In this document: piece after piece, positions 20,598-30,191 of the stretch
How positions within the stretch are numbered: position 1 is the first letter of the stretch
Layout: each line of letters begins with the position of its first letter
Assembly (NCBI GenBank): GCA_049516875.1
Contig: JBEKSS010000006.1
Location: 1 to 64,000 of the forward strand
DNA from: Candidatus Bathyarchaeia archaeon
GTDB lineage: Archaea > Thermoproteota > Bathyarchaeia > Bathyarchaeales > Bathycorpusculaceae
Direction: 5' to 3'
DNA length: 64,000 bases
Translations under genes and position numbers: made by a program
The notes under the pieces: generated by a model
What the model saw: only the letters and a program-made list of their open reading frames with translations
Databases searched by the model: none
Told to the model about the DNA's origin: nothing

Positions 20598-22549
20598 TAG
20601 GCGACCTCTCGAATTATCGATTTGCCGTCAATGTTTTGTACGGTGATTATGTTCACGTCTTCCTTTGCGAACGTTATTTGGCTAGGTGTTATTATGACGT
20701 ATTGAGCGCTTGAGTCGTTCACCGTTGAGATTAGCATCTGGGCAATTAGCTCCCGGTTCTTTGGATCCATGTGAATGTCGTATTCATCGACAGCACGGAA
20801 AGGTGAGCGAACATGTTGCTGTAAAGCCAGAAGGAAGCTCATTGTTGCTGTTGTTCTTTCCCCGCCGCTTTGAGTATAGGCGTCCAGTGGAACTGGTTTG
20901 CCTCCTTTGAAGCCTACCAGTATTTCCAGCCCAGCTGCTTCTATGTCGTTCTCGTTGGCAAGCCTGACCTCACCGTGGGCTTGCGATTGAACTAAGATTT
21001 TCTGATACTCAAGGTTAACGCGGTCTAAGAGGTTCTGTATGACGGTTCGCCAAGACTGCATCCTTGTCTTGACTTCTTCCAATGTTTTCTCGCGGTTTTC
21101 GGCAACTAGTTGAGCTTTTTCTTTCAATTCCAAGTAAAGCTTTGAGTAAGATTCGTACATACGCTCTATGTCCTCTGAAACGTCAGATAGTGCAGCCAGG
21201 TGTCCTTCTGTCAGCCTTATCTCATCTAGAACTTCTCCCGCATCCTTCATTACTGCAATTCTGATGCCAGATTGCTCCGCTTTCTTCGTTGATTCTTCCA
21301 CTCGTGTTCGTGCATCCGACAGTGCTCTTTCTGACCCCTGCAAATTGGCCTTTGTGGTATCCATGCGATACTGCAGCAAGGCCAGTTTTATTCGGCTTTC
21401 TAAGACTTGGTTGTTAACTTTTTCGACTGCCTCTTCCTGTTCGTGGGTTTTCGCTTCGTTCCCGGTTATCTGGGTGTTTAACTTTGACAGTTGCTCATTG
21501 GAGTTCTGTACTAGATCTTTTAGGTTTTCACTTTTCAGAAGCTTGAACTGTGAATTCACTATGGGTAAGCGGTCTGCTTTAGCAGACGGGTTCTCGAGGA
21601 TGTCATCGATTATCGCGGTTTCTTTCAGCAGTTGTTCACATAGCGAAATCGTGGATGTGTTTGCTGCTTTTTCACGTTCCAAGCCTAGGCGTTCATCAAA
21701 GAGAATCTTCCATTCATTCTTCAGTTTTCCATTCTCATACTGCTGGCTTTCTAGATTGCCCTTGACCGATTTTTCCTCTTCTTCTATTTGACTCAGAGTC
21801 TCATGTTCCTTCTTTCTGTCAGCTTCTAACTGTCTGAGTGTTTCCTCTCTTCTTGCCACTTCTGCCCAGCCAAGCTCCCTTTCGAGAAATCTTCTCTTTG
21901 TCTGCAGCTGTTTCTTCTCTTGGTACCTGTCGTATTGTTCCCTCCAGTAGTTAAGCGTCTGCTCAGCTGACTCCAGAAGCTTGCCCATAGAGTCTTCTTG
22001 GCTAAAAATACGAGTTAGCTTTCTCTGGGCTTGCAGTACATTTTCACGGTAAGGCTCAAGTCCAACGGCCGCTTCGACTATGCGCAGCTTTTCTTGTATG
22101 GAAAGCACTGTGAACTGTTCAACCATGCTCTGATGCATAATGATGAGTATGTTGTCCGGATCAACGCCTAGTTTGCCCAGAAGCCTTTCAACATCGTTTT
22201 TCGTGACAGCTCGGTTTTCAAGTTCAAACCAGTAGTTACCGTCACGCCGTAAGACCCTTGTGAGAAAAATCTGGTCCTTATTGAATTTCGGCACAGGCCT
22301 GTTCTTGCCTGCCCCGCTGTTATCCAGAATCAAAGTAACGCGGCCTTGCTCCTTATCCCAACGTATCAGGTCGCTGAGTTTCCTGGAGCGCTCCGTGTAA
22401 GATTGTCCTAGGGCCACGGAAATAGCGAGCAACAGCGACGATTTTCCCGAGCCGTTCGGTCCGCAAATAACATTCACGCCGGACCTGAAGGGTACCCTAG
22501 CATACTCGTACGACATGAAGTTTTCCAGGATGACCTCTTGGATCAGCAT
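20597..22549 (-). CDS. Short SMC-family ATPase, SMC5/6/coalescin (ClsN)-like
   Basis: LENFMSY, Walker A GPNGSGKS, Q-loop IMHQ, coiled coils, signature QSGGE, Walker B/D-loop SPFRAVDEYDIHMDPKNR. Confidence 0.9.
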   Translation of the reverse strand: MLIQEVILENFMSYEYARVPFRSGVNVICGPNGSGKSSLLLAISVALGQSYTERSRKLSDLIRWDKEQGRVTLILDNSGAGKNRPVPKFNKDQIFLTRVLRRDGNYWFELENRAVTKNDVERLLGKLGVDPDNILIIMHQSMVEQFTVLSIQEKLRIVEAAVGLEPYRENVLQAQRKLTRIFSQEDSMGKLLESAEQTLNYWREQYDRYQEKKQLQTKRRFLERELGWAEVARREETLRQLEADRKKEHETLSQIEEEEKSVKGNLESQQYENGKLKNEWKILFDERLGLEREKAANTSTISLCEQLLKETAIIDDILENPSAKADRLPIVNSQFKLLKSENLKDLVQNSNEQLSKLNTQITGNEAKTHEQEEAVEKVNNQVLESRIKLALLQYRMDTTKANLQGSERALSDARTRVEESTKKAEQSGIRIAVMKDAGEVLDEIRLTEGHLAALSDVSEDIERMYESYSKLYLELKEKAQLVAENREKTLEEVKTRMQSWRTVIQNLLDRVNLEYQKILVQSQAHGEVRLANENDIEAAGLEILVGFKGGKPVPLDAYTQSGGERTTATMSFLLALQQHVRSPFRAVDEYDIHMDPKNRELIAQMLISTVNDSSAQYVIITPSQITFAKEDVNIITVQNIDGKSIIREVA

Positions 22550-22737
22550 CGATGTTTTTGCCCTCTAGGTAGCATTACTAAAGGCTAAAATCTCTTATTA
22601 AAGCAATTAGGCGGAGTTTCAATCAAAGCAAATGTGAAACACAGCGGCAGTTTTACACGGAAACCTACAGACCAGAAGTGACAAGCTTAAAATCTCTTAG
22701 AGGAAGTAGTCTAACTGTAGGGCCGAGGGTTTCAGGG

Positions 22738-23433
22738 ATGGTTGTTGGCGGAAAGATTTTCAAGCTTTCAGATACTCTTCCCCTAGCGGAAGTTGCGTCC
22801 AGGCTTCAAGGTTATCGTTCTGAGGAATCTTATGAAGAAGGAGACTCCAAATTCACACTGGTCACTGAGGTCGTCGGTCTTCTTCCAAAAGAAAACATGC
22901 TGAAGGGTGTCTACTCGCATGATTACGTGATTCAGGTTTTTCACCGTGGAAAAATAATACCGACGCCCCGAACGGTTGAAGCTCTCTTCAGCTTTGCTCA
23001 GCAAGAGGACACAATGTTCTTGACGATAGTTGAGAAGAAACGCATAGCCAATTTCATTGCAAACAAGCTGAGCGAAATACTATTTGAGAAGATTGGAGGT
23101 GTACTGGAGGCTCGAATTCCACCTGAAATCCTGAAGGAATTTCACCTCAAGAATCCAGAGGATACCAAGATTACTTTCTTCGACAACGTCGACATTCCAA
23201 ACGTGGACAAGCTTTCCCTTTATGGACCGGACCTGATAAACACTCCCATCTTCGAAGACTACGGCAAACACGGCGACCTGTGGTACGTGGTTGCAAGATC
23301 GAAAGAATACGGCTACGTGGTGGGCATAACACGAGACGCTTCGGTGACAATCTTCAATCTAACAGAGAAAGAACGGTACCTTGAATACGTAGCAAAGGAG
23401 ATTTACCCACTAGCCTCCGAAGAAAAGAAATAA
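22738..23433 (+). CDS. Conserved archaeal hypothetical protein, divergent from the SMC operon
   Basis: ORF 22678..23433; start moved to ATG 22738. Confidence 0.75.
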   Translation: MVVGGKIFKLSDTLPLAEVASRLQGYRSEESYEEGDSKFTLVTEVVGLLPKENMLKGVYSHDYVIQVFHRGKIIPTPRTVEALFSFAQQEDTMFLTIVEKKRIANFIANKLSEILFEKIGGVLEARIPPEILKEFHLKNPEDTKITFFDNVDIPNVDKLSLYGPDLINTPIFEDYGKHGDLWYVVARSKEYGYVVGITRDASVTIFNLTEKERYLEYVAKEIYPLASEEKK

Positions 23434-23480
23434 TCATGTGAGTGGCTTTCTAAGTCAAAGCATCTTGTTCCGACAAGACT

Positions 23481-24011
23481 CTAGTACTCGATTCCTTTTC
23501 GAGCTTGGAGACCTTTGCTGAATGGGTGTTTAATTTCCTTCAACTCTGTGACAAGGTCTGCAAGCTCTATTATCTCTTCTGGCGCGTTGCGGCCAGTTAG
23601 AACGATCTCGACGTTTTCGGGTTTCTTCTTTATCATTTCCACAACGTCCTGCAGTTTTATCAGTTTCAGGTGTAAGGCAACGTTGATTTCGTCGAGGACA
23701 ACAACGTCATATTTTCTGCTTTCTATGATTTCTTCAGCTAGTTTGAGTGCTTTTTCCGCGAGTTTGACATCTTCTTTTTCGGGTGGTTTCGACGTTATGA
23801 ACTTGCCTCTTCCAAAGGCTTTCAACGTGAGGTTTGGAAGTCTGTCCACTACGTGGAGTTCGCCGTAGTCGAATCCGCCCTTGATGAACTGAACCACGTA
23901 AACCTTAAGCCCTCTTCCTATTGCTCTGAGCGCAAGACCCAAAGCCGCTGATGTTTTGCCTTTTCCGTTTCCGGTGTAGACTTGGACGAGTCCTTTTTCA
24001 AGCTTGGGCAT
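23481..24011 (-). CDS. cobO: Cob(I)yrinic acid a,c-diamide adenosyltransferase (CobO/BtuR)
   Basis: YTGNGKGKTSAA, VLDE, LTGR, KHPF...ARKGIEY. Confidence 0.95.
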   Translation of the reverse strand: MPKLEKGLVQVYTGNGKGKTSAALGLALRAIGRGLKVYVVQFIKGGFDYGELHVVDRLPNLTLKAFGRGKFITSKPPEKEDVKLAEKALKLAEEIIESRKYDVVVLDEINVALHLKLIKLQDVVEMIKKKPENVEIVLTGRNAPEEIIELADLVTELKEIKHPFSKGLQARKGIEY

Positions 24012-24963
24012 TCTTGATCGCCTTTTTGACGAGTTTTTCAGCTGCAGAGGTTGGATCTATCTTCTTCTCAAGGATTTCGTGGAGAAGTTCGTCAAATTTC
24101 CCCTCTCTTTTGAGTTCGTCAATCAGTGTTCTGGATATTCTTTCTTTTATGGCCTCTAGGAGCTCATCCTCAGCCTTGGTTTTTAACAGGTTTTCCCTGC
24201 ATACTATATCGCCTTCGAGGAAGCATCTGTGTTCTTCCAGTTTTTCGATGAGTTCTGGAACGCCTTCGCCCGTCAGGGCCACTGTTTTCAGGACGGGCGG
24301 CTTCCATCCGCCTTTCTTGTTGCTCAACTGAAGCATTGCTTGAATGTCCATTGTAGTCTTGTTTGCGTTTTCTCGGTCAGCCTTGTTTACCACGAATATG
24401 TCGGCTATTTCCATTATTCCGGCCTTTATCGCTTGTATCTCGTCTCCCATCCCTGGGGCGTGCATGACAACTATTGTTTGCGCCACTTTGACAATTTCCA
24501 CCTCAGATTGACCGGCACCAGTAGTTTCAACTATCACTACGTCCTTTCCGGCTGCGTCCAGTATCTTGGCAGCGTCTTTCGTCGCTTTCGATATTCCGCC
24601 TGCGTAGTTGCGGGTTGCCATGCTTCTAATGTAAACGCCCTCGTCTGTGCTCAGTTCCTGCATGCGGATCCTGTCGCCTAAGAATGCCCCCCCAGTGAAC
24701 GGACTTGTAGGGTCTACGGCAATGATGCCCACCGTTTTGCCCTTTCGTCTGTACTCGCGGACGATTTTCTCAATCAGAGTGCTTTTTCCAGCACCGCCAG
24801 CTCCGGTCAACCCTACAACGTGGGCCTTACCTGTATGTGGGAAGATTTGAGAAATCAGTTCTTGTGCTTCAGGCATGCCGTTCTCAATGATCGTTATCGC
24901 TTTCGCTATGCTTCTGCGGTCTCCTTTCAGAACTCCGTTGACGATTTCTTCAGTTTTCGTCAA
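23998..24963 (-). CDS. meaB: Acyl-CoA mutase-associated GTPase MeaB
   Basis: GAGKST, VDPTSPFTGGAFLGDRIRM, ETTGAGQSE, NKAD. Confidence 0.95.
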   Translation of the reverse strand: MTKTEEIVNGVLKGDRRSIAKAITIIENGMPEAQELISQIFPHTGKAHVVGLTGAGGAGKSTLIEKIVREYRRKGKTVGIIAVDPTSPFTGGAFLGDRIRMQELSTDEGVYIRSMATRNYAGGISKATKDAAKILDAAGKDVVIVETTGAGQSEVEIVKVAQTIVVMHAPGMGDEIQAIKAGIMEIADIFVVNKADRENANKTTMDIQAMLQLSNKKGGWKPPVLKTVALTGEGVPELIEKLEEHRCFLEGDIVCRENLLKTKAEDELLEAIKERISRTLIDELKREGKFDELLHEILEKKIDPTSAAEKLVKKAIKNAQA

Positions 24964-24985
24964 AATTTCCGCACATCGTAAGGGA

Positions 24986-25393
24986 TTAGTCTCTTTTCGG
25001 GAGGTTGTCCATCACGTACTGTATTATCTCTTCCGTCGTAGTTCCTGGCCCAAAGATTTCTTTTATTCCCAGCTTTTTCATTTCAGACACATCTTCTTCG
25101 GGGATTATTCCTCCGGCAAAGACCATCACGTCCGTTAAGCCTTGCTTCTTCAAGACTTCCATTATTCTTGGGAAGAGAGTCCTGTGTGCCCCCGAAAGAA
25201 TGCTTAGACCTATGACGTCCACGTCTTCCTGTAGGGCGGTTTCAGCGATTTGTTCCGGGGTCTGTCTTAGACCTGTGTAAATCACTTCCATGCCGGCGTC
25301 TCTGAGGGCTCTTGCAACAACTTTGGCGCCTCTATCGTGGCTGTCAAGGCCCGGTTTGGCGATTAGAACTCTTATTTTTCTTGCGTCTTGCAT
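24986..25393 (-). CDS. Acyl-CoA mutase B12-binding small subunit
   Basis: [10 protein letters not shown] (DxHxxG), SILSGAH, GGIIP. Confidence 0.95.
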   Translation of the reverse strand: MQDARKIRVLIAKPGLDSHDRGAKVVARALRDAGMEVIYTGLRQTPEQIAETALQEDVDVIGLSILSGAHRTLFPRIMEVLKKQGLTDVMVFAGGIIPEEDVSEMKKLGIKEIFGPGTTTEEIIQYVMDNLPKRD

Positions 25394-25405
25394 TTTTTCG
25401 CCTCT

Positions 25406-27088
25406 TCAAATTACAATTAGCTCTTTGTATTCTCCATAAACTTTCCGCAGCACGTTGCAGATTTCGCCAAGCGTCGCATAGGCTTTGACTGCTTCAATTA
25501 TTGCGGGCATGAGGTTTTCATCTTTTTCTGCTGAACGCTGAAGCTTGTCGAGTGTCTCCTCAACTCTCCTGCTGTCTCGCGTTTTTTTCAGGTTCTGAAG
25601 GTTGGCGAGTTGTTCTTTTTCAGCCTTTGGATCCACCCTCAAAAGCTCCATTGGATATTCTTCTTTCTCGATTTGGTAGTCGTTTACTCCAACTATTGTC
25701 CGTTTCCTGTCATCTACCTCTTTCTGGTGTTTGTAGGAGCTGTCAGCAATTTCCTTTTGGAAAAATCCGTTTTCTATGGCGACTATGGCCCCACCCATGT
25801 TATCTACCTTCTGAATGTACTCCATTGCTTTTTCTTCCATTTCGTTTGTTAAAGCTTCAACGTAGTATGAACCCGCTAATGGGTCGGTCGTGTTTGTTGC
25901 GCCGCTTTCATGGGCTATTATCTGCTGTGTTCTCAGTGCAACTCTGACGGCATCTTCGCTCGGAAGCGCTAAGGCTTCGTCGAACGAGTTTGTATGCAAT
26001 GATTGTGTTCCTCCTAGAACTGCTGCTAGGGCTTGGATTGTCGTGCGAGTGATGTTGTTTAACGGTTGCTGTGCTGTAAGTGTGCATCCAGAAGTTTGAA
26101 CGTGCATGCGCATCCACATCGACCTTGGGTTCTTGGCGTGAAAACGTTCTTTCATAAGCTTGGCCCAAAGTCTTCGGGCAGCTCTAAACTTGGCTAGTTC
26201 TTCGAAAAAGTCGTTGTGCGAGGCAAAGAAGAACGACAGTCGGTGGGCAAAGTCATCAACTTTCAGTCCCCTTTGCAGAGTGGATTCCACGTAGGTTATT
26301 CCATCATAAATGGTGAACGCGAGTTCTTGCACGGCGTTTGCCCCTGCCTCTCTGATGTGATACCCGCTTATGCTTATGGGATTCCACTTTGGCAAGTGTC
26401 GCGCGCAGTACTCTATGATGTCCGTGGTGAGTTTGACAGAGCTTTTCGGCGGGTATATGCACAGTTTCTGAGCGAAATATTCTTTCAGATTGTCGTTTTG
26501 CGTTGTTCCGCCGAGTTTTTCTCTTGCTACGCTTTGCTCGTGGCCTACCGCAACGTACATGGCCAGCAGCATGGCTGCAGGTCCATTTATGGTCATGGAC
26601 GTTGTGACTTTGTCAAGCGGAATTCCATCCAGCAAAACTTCCATGTCTTTGAGTGACGAAATCGCCACTCCACATATGCCGACCTCGCCTTTCCCCATCG
26701 GGTGGTCCGAGTCGTAGCCCATTATGGTTGGATAATCGAAGGCGACGCTCAAGCCTGTCTCGCCTTCTTTAAGAAGGTACTTGAAACGCTTGTTCGTCTG
26801 TTGCGCTGTGCCAAACCCTGAAAACTGCCGCATCGTCCAGAAGCGCCCACGGTACATCGTAGCGTGTACGCCGCGTAGGAAGGGGTACTCCCCAGGGAAG
26901 CCTAAGTCTCGCATGTAGTCTAGCTCTTTGACATCCTCAGGCGTGTACAACCGTTTAATCAGCATGTTAGAGGTGTTTCGGAATTCGTTTTTCCTTTCAC
27001 TGGATTGTCTAATCCAGTTTGGCAAAGTTGTCTGTTCCCAACGTTCACGTTCTTTCTTTAACTCATCGATTTTTCTCTTTTCAAACAT
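25406..27088 (-). CDS. Acyl-CoA mutase large subunit, isobutyryl-CoA mutase-type specificity residues
   Basis: PGEYPFLRG, WTMRQFSG, LKEYFAQK, ISISGYHIREAG, GTQSLHTN. Confidence 0.9.
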   Translation of the reverse strand: MFEKRKIDELKKERERWEQTTLPNWIRQSSERKNEFRNTSNMLIKRLYTPEDVKELDYMRDLGFPGEYPFLRGVHATMYRGRFWTMRQFSGFGTAQQTNKRFKYLLKEGETGLSVAFDYPTIMGYDSDHPMGKGEVGICGVAISSLKDMEVLLDGIPLDKVTTSMTINGPAAMLLAMYVAVGHEQSVAREKLGGTTQNDNLKEYFAQKLCIYPPKSSVKLTTDIIEYCARHLPKWNPISISGYHIREAGANAVQELAFTIYDGITYVESTLQRGLKVDDFAHRLSFFFASHNDFFEELAKFRAARRLWAKLMKERFHAKNPRSMWMRMHVQTSGCTLTAQQPLNNITRTTIQALAAVLGGTQSLHTNSFDEALALPSEDAVRVALRTQQIIAHESGATNTTDPLAGSYYVEALTNEMEEKAMEYIQKVDNMGGAIVAIENGFFQKEIADSSYKHQKEVDDRKRTIVGVNDYQIEKEEYPMELLRVDPKAEKEQLANLQNLKKTRDSRRVEETLDKLQRSAEKDENLMPAIIEAVKAYATLGEICNVLRKVYGEYKELIVI

Positions 27089-27236
27089 CGTAGTGTTCTG
27101 CCCCCAATAATTGACCTATGTGCTGCCTTGAGTTACTATCTTCATTAGCTTAGAAAGATATTTTATTATCGGTCCAAGACGCATGAGAACAATCGGCTAG
27201 GTTGCCGTCGTTCAAGCCGGGTTGCTGGGAAAATCT

Positions 27237-28355
27237 TCAATTGCGAAATTCCAGCAGACCAGCTGACGCGGAGAATCCCCATCCGTAACCAAGCATCAGT
27301 ATGGTGTCTCCTCTTGCGAATTCGCTCGTCGAAACTATTCTGTCAAGAATGAAGGGCAAGCTTGCTCCGGCTAGGTTGCCGTTGTTTCTGAGCACTTCAT
27401 GTGACTCTCTGAGTTTTTCCTTTTCAGCGCTATGGTGTTCAGCCAAAGCGTCCAGTATCTTTTCGCTGCCCGTGTGAACCGCCCACTTCTTCGCAGCTTT
27501 CATTCTATTCTTTGCTTCCTTTCCAAACAATCTGTCAAGCGCTAGACTCGTGTACTTGACTCCTAGGTCTGGAATTTCCTTGCCAAGATGTGAATGGAAG
27601 CCGAACTTGAACGGTTCGTCTAAAAAGGAGAGTCTGGCATAACCAGCCAAATAGTCCTTTGAATCGATATTCGTTACTTCAACAATTTCGTCAACCTTCA
27701 AACCCTCACTCTTATTCGACACGACGGCGGCGGCCACGCCGTCCCCGAACAGGAAAAACTGCATCGTGGCCACCCATTTCCTCAGCTCCATTTGCTTTCT
27801 TCTGTTGTCTTTTATCGAGCCAATCTTACCGATTTCCATCACGTCTTCCAGCCCTCGTACCTGGTTTTGGAACCAGTATGAACTTACTCCTGAGATGCAA
27901 ATCAGCACATTGTCTTTCGGGTGCATAGCAAGATAGTCTTCCGCGAGTTGCAATGCCTTCATAAAAGCTGTGCTCGCTATTCCTTGCGCGTTAACGTGTC
28001 TAACGCAAGGATCCAGGCCTAGCTGCGGTACTAACAGCTGGCTGAGGCCGGGGCTTAGGAAGGGGTTCGTGTCGTAGGCAGTGATTAGATAGTCTACGTC
28101 TCCAGAATAGAGATCGGCTCTTTGGATGGCTTTCTGGCAGGCCTCAGAGCACAGGTCAATGAGGTTGGTTTCGTCCATCAGGGTTTCTGGTTCTGTTGTG
28201 AGAGCTGATTGGCTGATGAGACAACGTTTTGAAACTCCCAGGTTAAGCACGTTTTGTACGACGGGTTCTGGAAGTTCGCACGGGAACTCTTCTAACAGTT
28301 TTTTGGTTGAGTATTCATTCGGGGGGAGGGCGGTTGACAATTGTATGATTTGCAT
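27237..28355 (-). CDS. Type III polyketide synthase (chalcone synthase/KAS III fold) with Ser at the catalytic Cys position
   Basis: TALPP, QGIASTA, FLFGDG, WAVHTGS, NGNLAGAS, GYGWG; start moved to ATG 28355. Confidence 0.8.
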   Translation of the reverse strand: MQIIQLSTALPPNEYSTKKLLEEFPCELPEPVVQNVLNLGVSKRCLISQSALTTEPETLMDETNLIDLCSEACQKAIQRADLYSGDVDYLITAYDTNPFLSPGLSQLLVPQLGLDPCVRHVNAQGIASTAFMKALQLAEDYLAMHPKDNVLICISGVSSYWFQNQVRGLEDVMEIGKIGSIKDNRRKQMELRKWVATMQFFLFGDGVAAAVVSNKSEGLKVDEIVEVTNIDSKDYLAGYARLSFLDEPFKFGFHSHLGKEIPDLGVKYTSLALDRLFGKEAKNRMKAAKKWAVHTGSEKILDALAEHHSAEKEKLRESHEVLRNNGNLAGASLPFILDRIVSTSEFARGDTILMLGYGWGFSASAGLLEFRN

Positions 28356-28893
28356 ATCAGATACGAAGCCTGAAGAAATTATAAAAGGATGACTGTCCTG
28401 CATGCGCCAAGTCGATTTCAAGTCGTTTTCTTGTGAACGCAACCTGTGACATCTTCCAAAAGAATCATGGTTCCTGGTCAAGAGTGTTATACTTGTTGTG
28501 GAACGGACAACAGAGCATGCGCTTTTTGTTGAATCATATTTGTATCATATAGTAGACCGGGGGGAGGGTCTCTGAGCACACACATACCGGAAATTGGAGA
28601 ACCTTGAATGGTGCGTGTGGGGTCTTAGGGTTTCGGAATCATAGACTGTTTGATATTGAGCGGAGGAAAAATCCTGTGGGCATTGCTCGCGTTTTGGCGA
28701 TTACAACTACGTAGAACCGCACGTTCTGAGGCTTGAAATAGCAGTTTGACTTGCAATCCTTGGCTGAATACGTGTGGCGCACATCTACAACAATGGCGTC
28801 GGCGGACACGCACAGAAAATACCCTTGCCCATCACAAATGTCTTATAGTCCTTGAAATCCACTAACTACATCTTCCCATATTGAGGTGGAGAA

Positions 28894-30186
28894 TTGAAAA
28901 AAGTCGGAATAGTCGCAGGCAGCATTTCACGATTTGATCTTCCTAGACATACGTTGCAAGAAGAAATGTGCGCAGAAGCAGTCAAAATGATACTTGACGA
29001 CGTTCCAGAACTGGAACTCGGCGACTTCTTGAGGAAAGGTTACGCGTGTTGCTACTCATATTTCAGTGACATTCTCGAACAGCAGCAGTGCATGCATTGG
29101 ATAATCAACGACTACCTGGGCTTAAGCGGCGTTCCCTCCTACAGAGTTGAGTCGGGAGGAGCAACTCCAATAGACGCAATAATAAACGCGGCGTTGTGGA
29201 TACGTTCAGGCATGTTCCCAGTGGTTCTCGTGGTCGGCTGGGAAAAAATGAATGAACTGCCAATCCAAAAAGTCAACGAGGCAATAGCAATAGCCGGAGA
29301 CACAGACTGGGACTTCGTTTCAGGCTTCACGTACAACGCTTTCTACGCAACCATGGAAGCAAGGCGGATGCACGTTTACGGAGACAAAGAGGAAGACCTC
29401 GCTGAAGTGTCGGCCATGTGCCACAACAACTCCCTTGACAACCCCTATGCCCAATGGCCAGCTCAGCATGGCTTCACAAAAATCACGGTGGACGATGTGT
29501 ACAAATCACGTTTGATATCTTGGCCATACCGAAACTATGAATGTGCAATGACAAGTGAAGGGGCATCTGCCGTGTTGTTGGCGAACGAGGAAATGACGAA
29601 GAAGCTGACTGACAATCCCACATGGATCACTGGCATAGGCTTCGGTAGCGACACTATGAGAGTCGGAGACCGCCCAGACAACCCCGCATGGAAAGGATTG
29701 TATCCAGAAGATGAAAAGATTTGGCCGAAGACCATTCCAAAACCGATGTCGCCCTATCCAGATCTGCTCAACTTTGGCTCTCTGAGAGTGTCTGCTAGAA
29801 TGGCCTACAAAGACGCTGGAATCAAGAACCCGCGGAAGGAAATCAGCTTCGTAGAAATCTTCGACCCGTATGCAGGAGTAGTACTAGCCGGGTTAGAGGA
29901 TTTTGATTTCTGCAAGAGAGGCGAAGGCAAGAAAATGGTTCGCGAAGGCATAATCAAGCCCCACGGAGAACTTCCCTGTCAGCTCAGCGGAGCGCTGACA
30001 GCACAAGGACATGCTGTAGGCTCAACGTCAATCGCGCAAGTCGTCGACAGCCACTGGCAGCTCAGCAACCAGATAGGAAAGAAATGGGGCGCACCGGGCA
30101 GACAGCTAAGCAAGCCGAAGAAGGCTTTCATTCACGGACACGGCGGCACAGGATGCCAAGCAGGCGTAGTAGTCTTGGAGGTGTAA
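28894..30186 (+). CDS. Thiolase-fold protein lacking the nucleophilic Cys (non-canonical, Ltp2-like)
   Basis: RVESGGAT in place of ExACAS; GWEKM, EIFDPY, GHAVG. Confidence 0.85.
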   Translation: MKKVGIVAGSISRFDLPRHTLQEEMCAEAVKMILDDVPELELGDFLRKGYACCYSYFSDILEQQQCMHWIINDYLGLSGVPSYRVESGGATPIDAIINAALWIRSGMFPVVLVVGWEKMNELPIQKVNEAIAIAGDTDWDFVSGFTYNAFYATMEARRMHVYGDKEEDLAEVSAMCHNNSLDNPYAQWPAQHGFTKITVDDVYKSRLISWPYRNYECAMTSEGASAVLLANEEMTKKLTDNPTWITGIGFGSDTMRVGDRPDNPAWKGLYPEDEKIWPKTIPKPMSPYPDLLNFGSLRVSARMAYKDAGIKNPRKEISFVEIFDPYAGVVLAGLEDFDFCKRGEGKKMVREGIIKPHGELPCQLSGALTAQGHAVGSTSIAQVVDSHWQLSNQIGKKWGAPGRQLSKPKKAFIHGHGGTGCQAGVVVLEV

Positions 30187-30191
30187 AAGGG

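Noticed and set aside
20597-22549. Rad50/SbcC or Wadjet call for the SMC protein
   Set aside because: No CxxC hook, no adjacent Mre11/NurA/HerA, no JetD topoisomerase-like gene, and the head motifs are Smc5/6-like
28480-28890. Gene or ncRNA between the PKS-like gene and the thiolase
   Set aside because: Only short ORFs without recognisable features; no convincing structure
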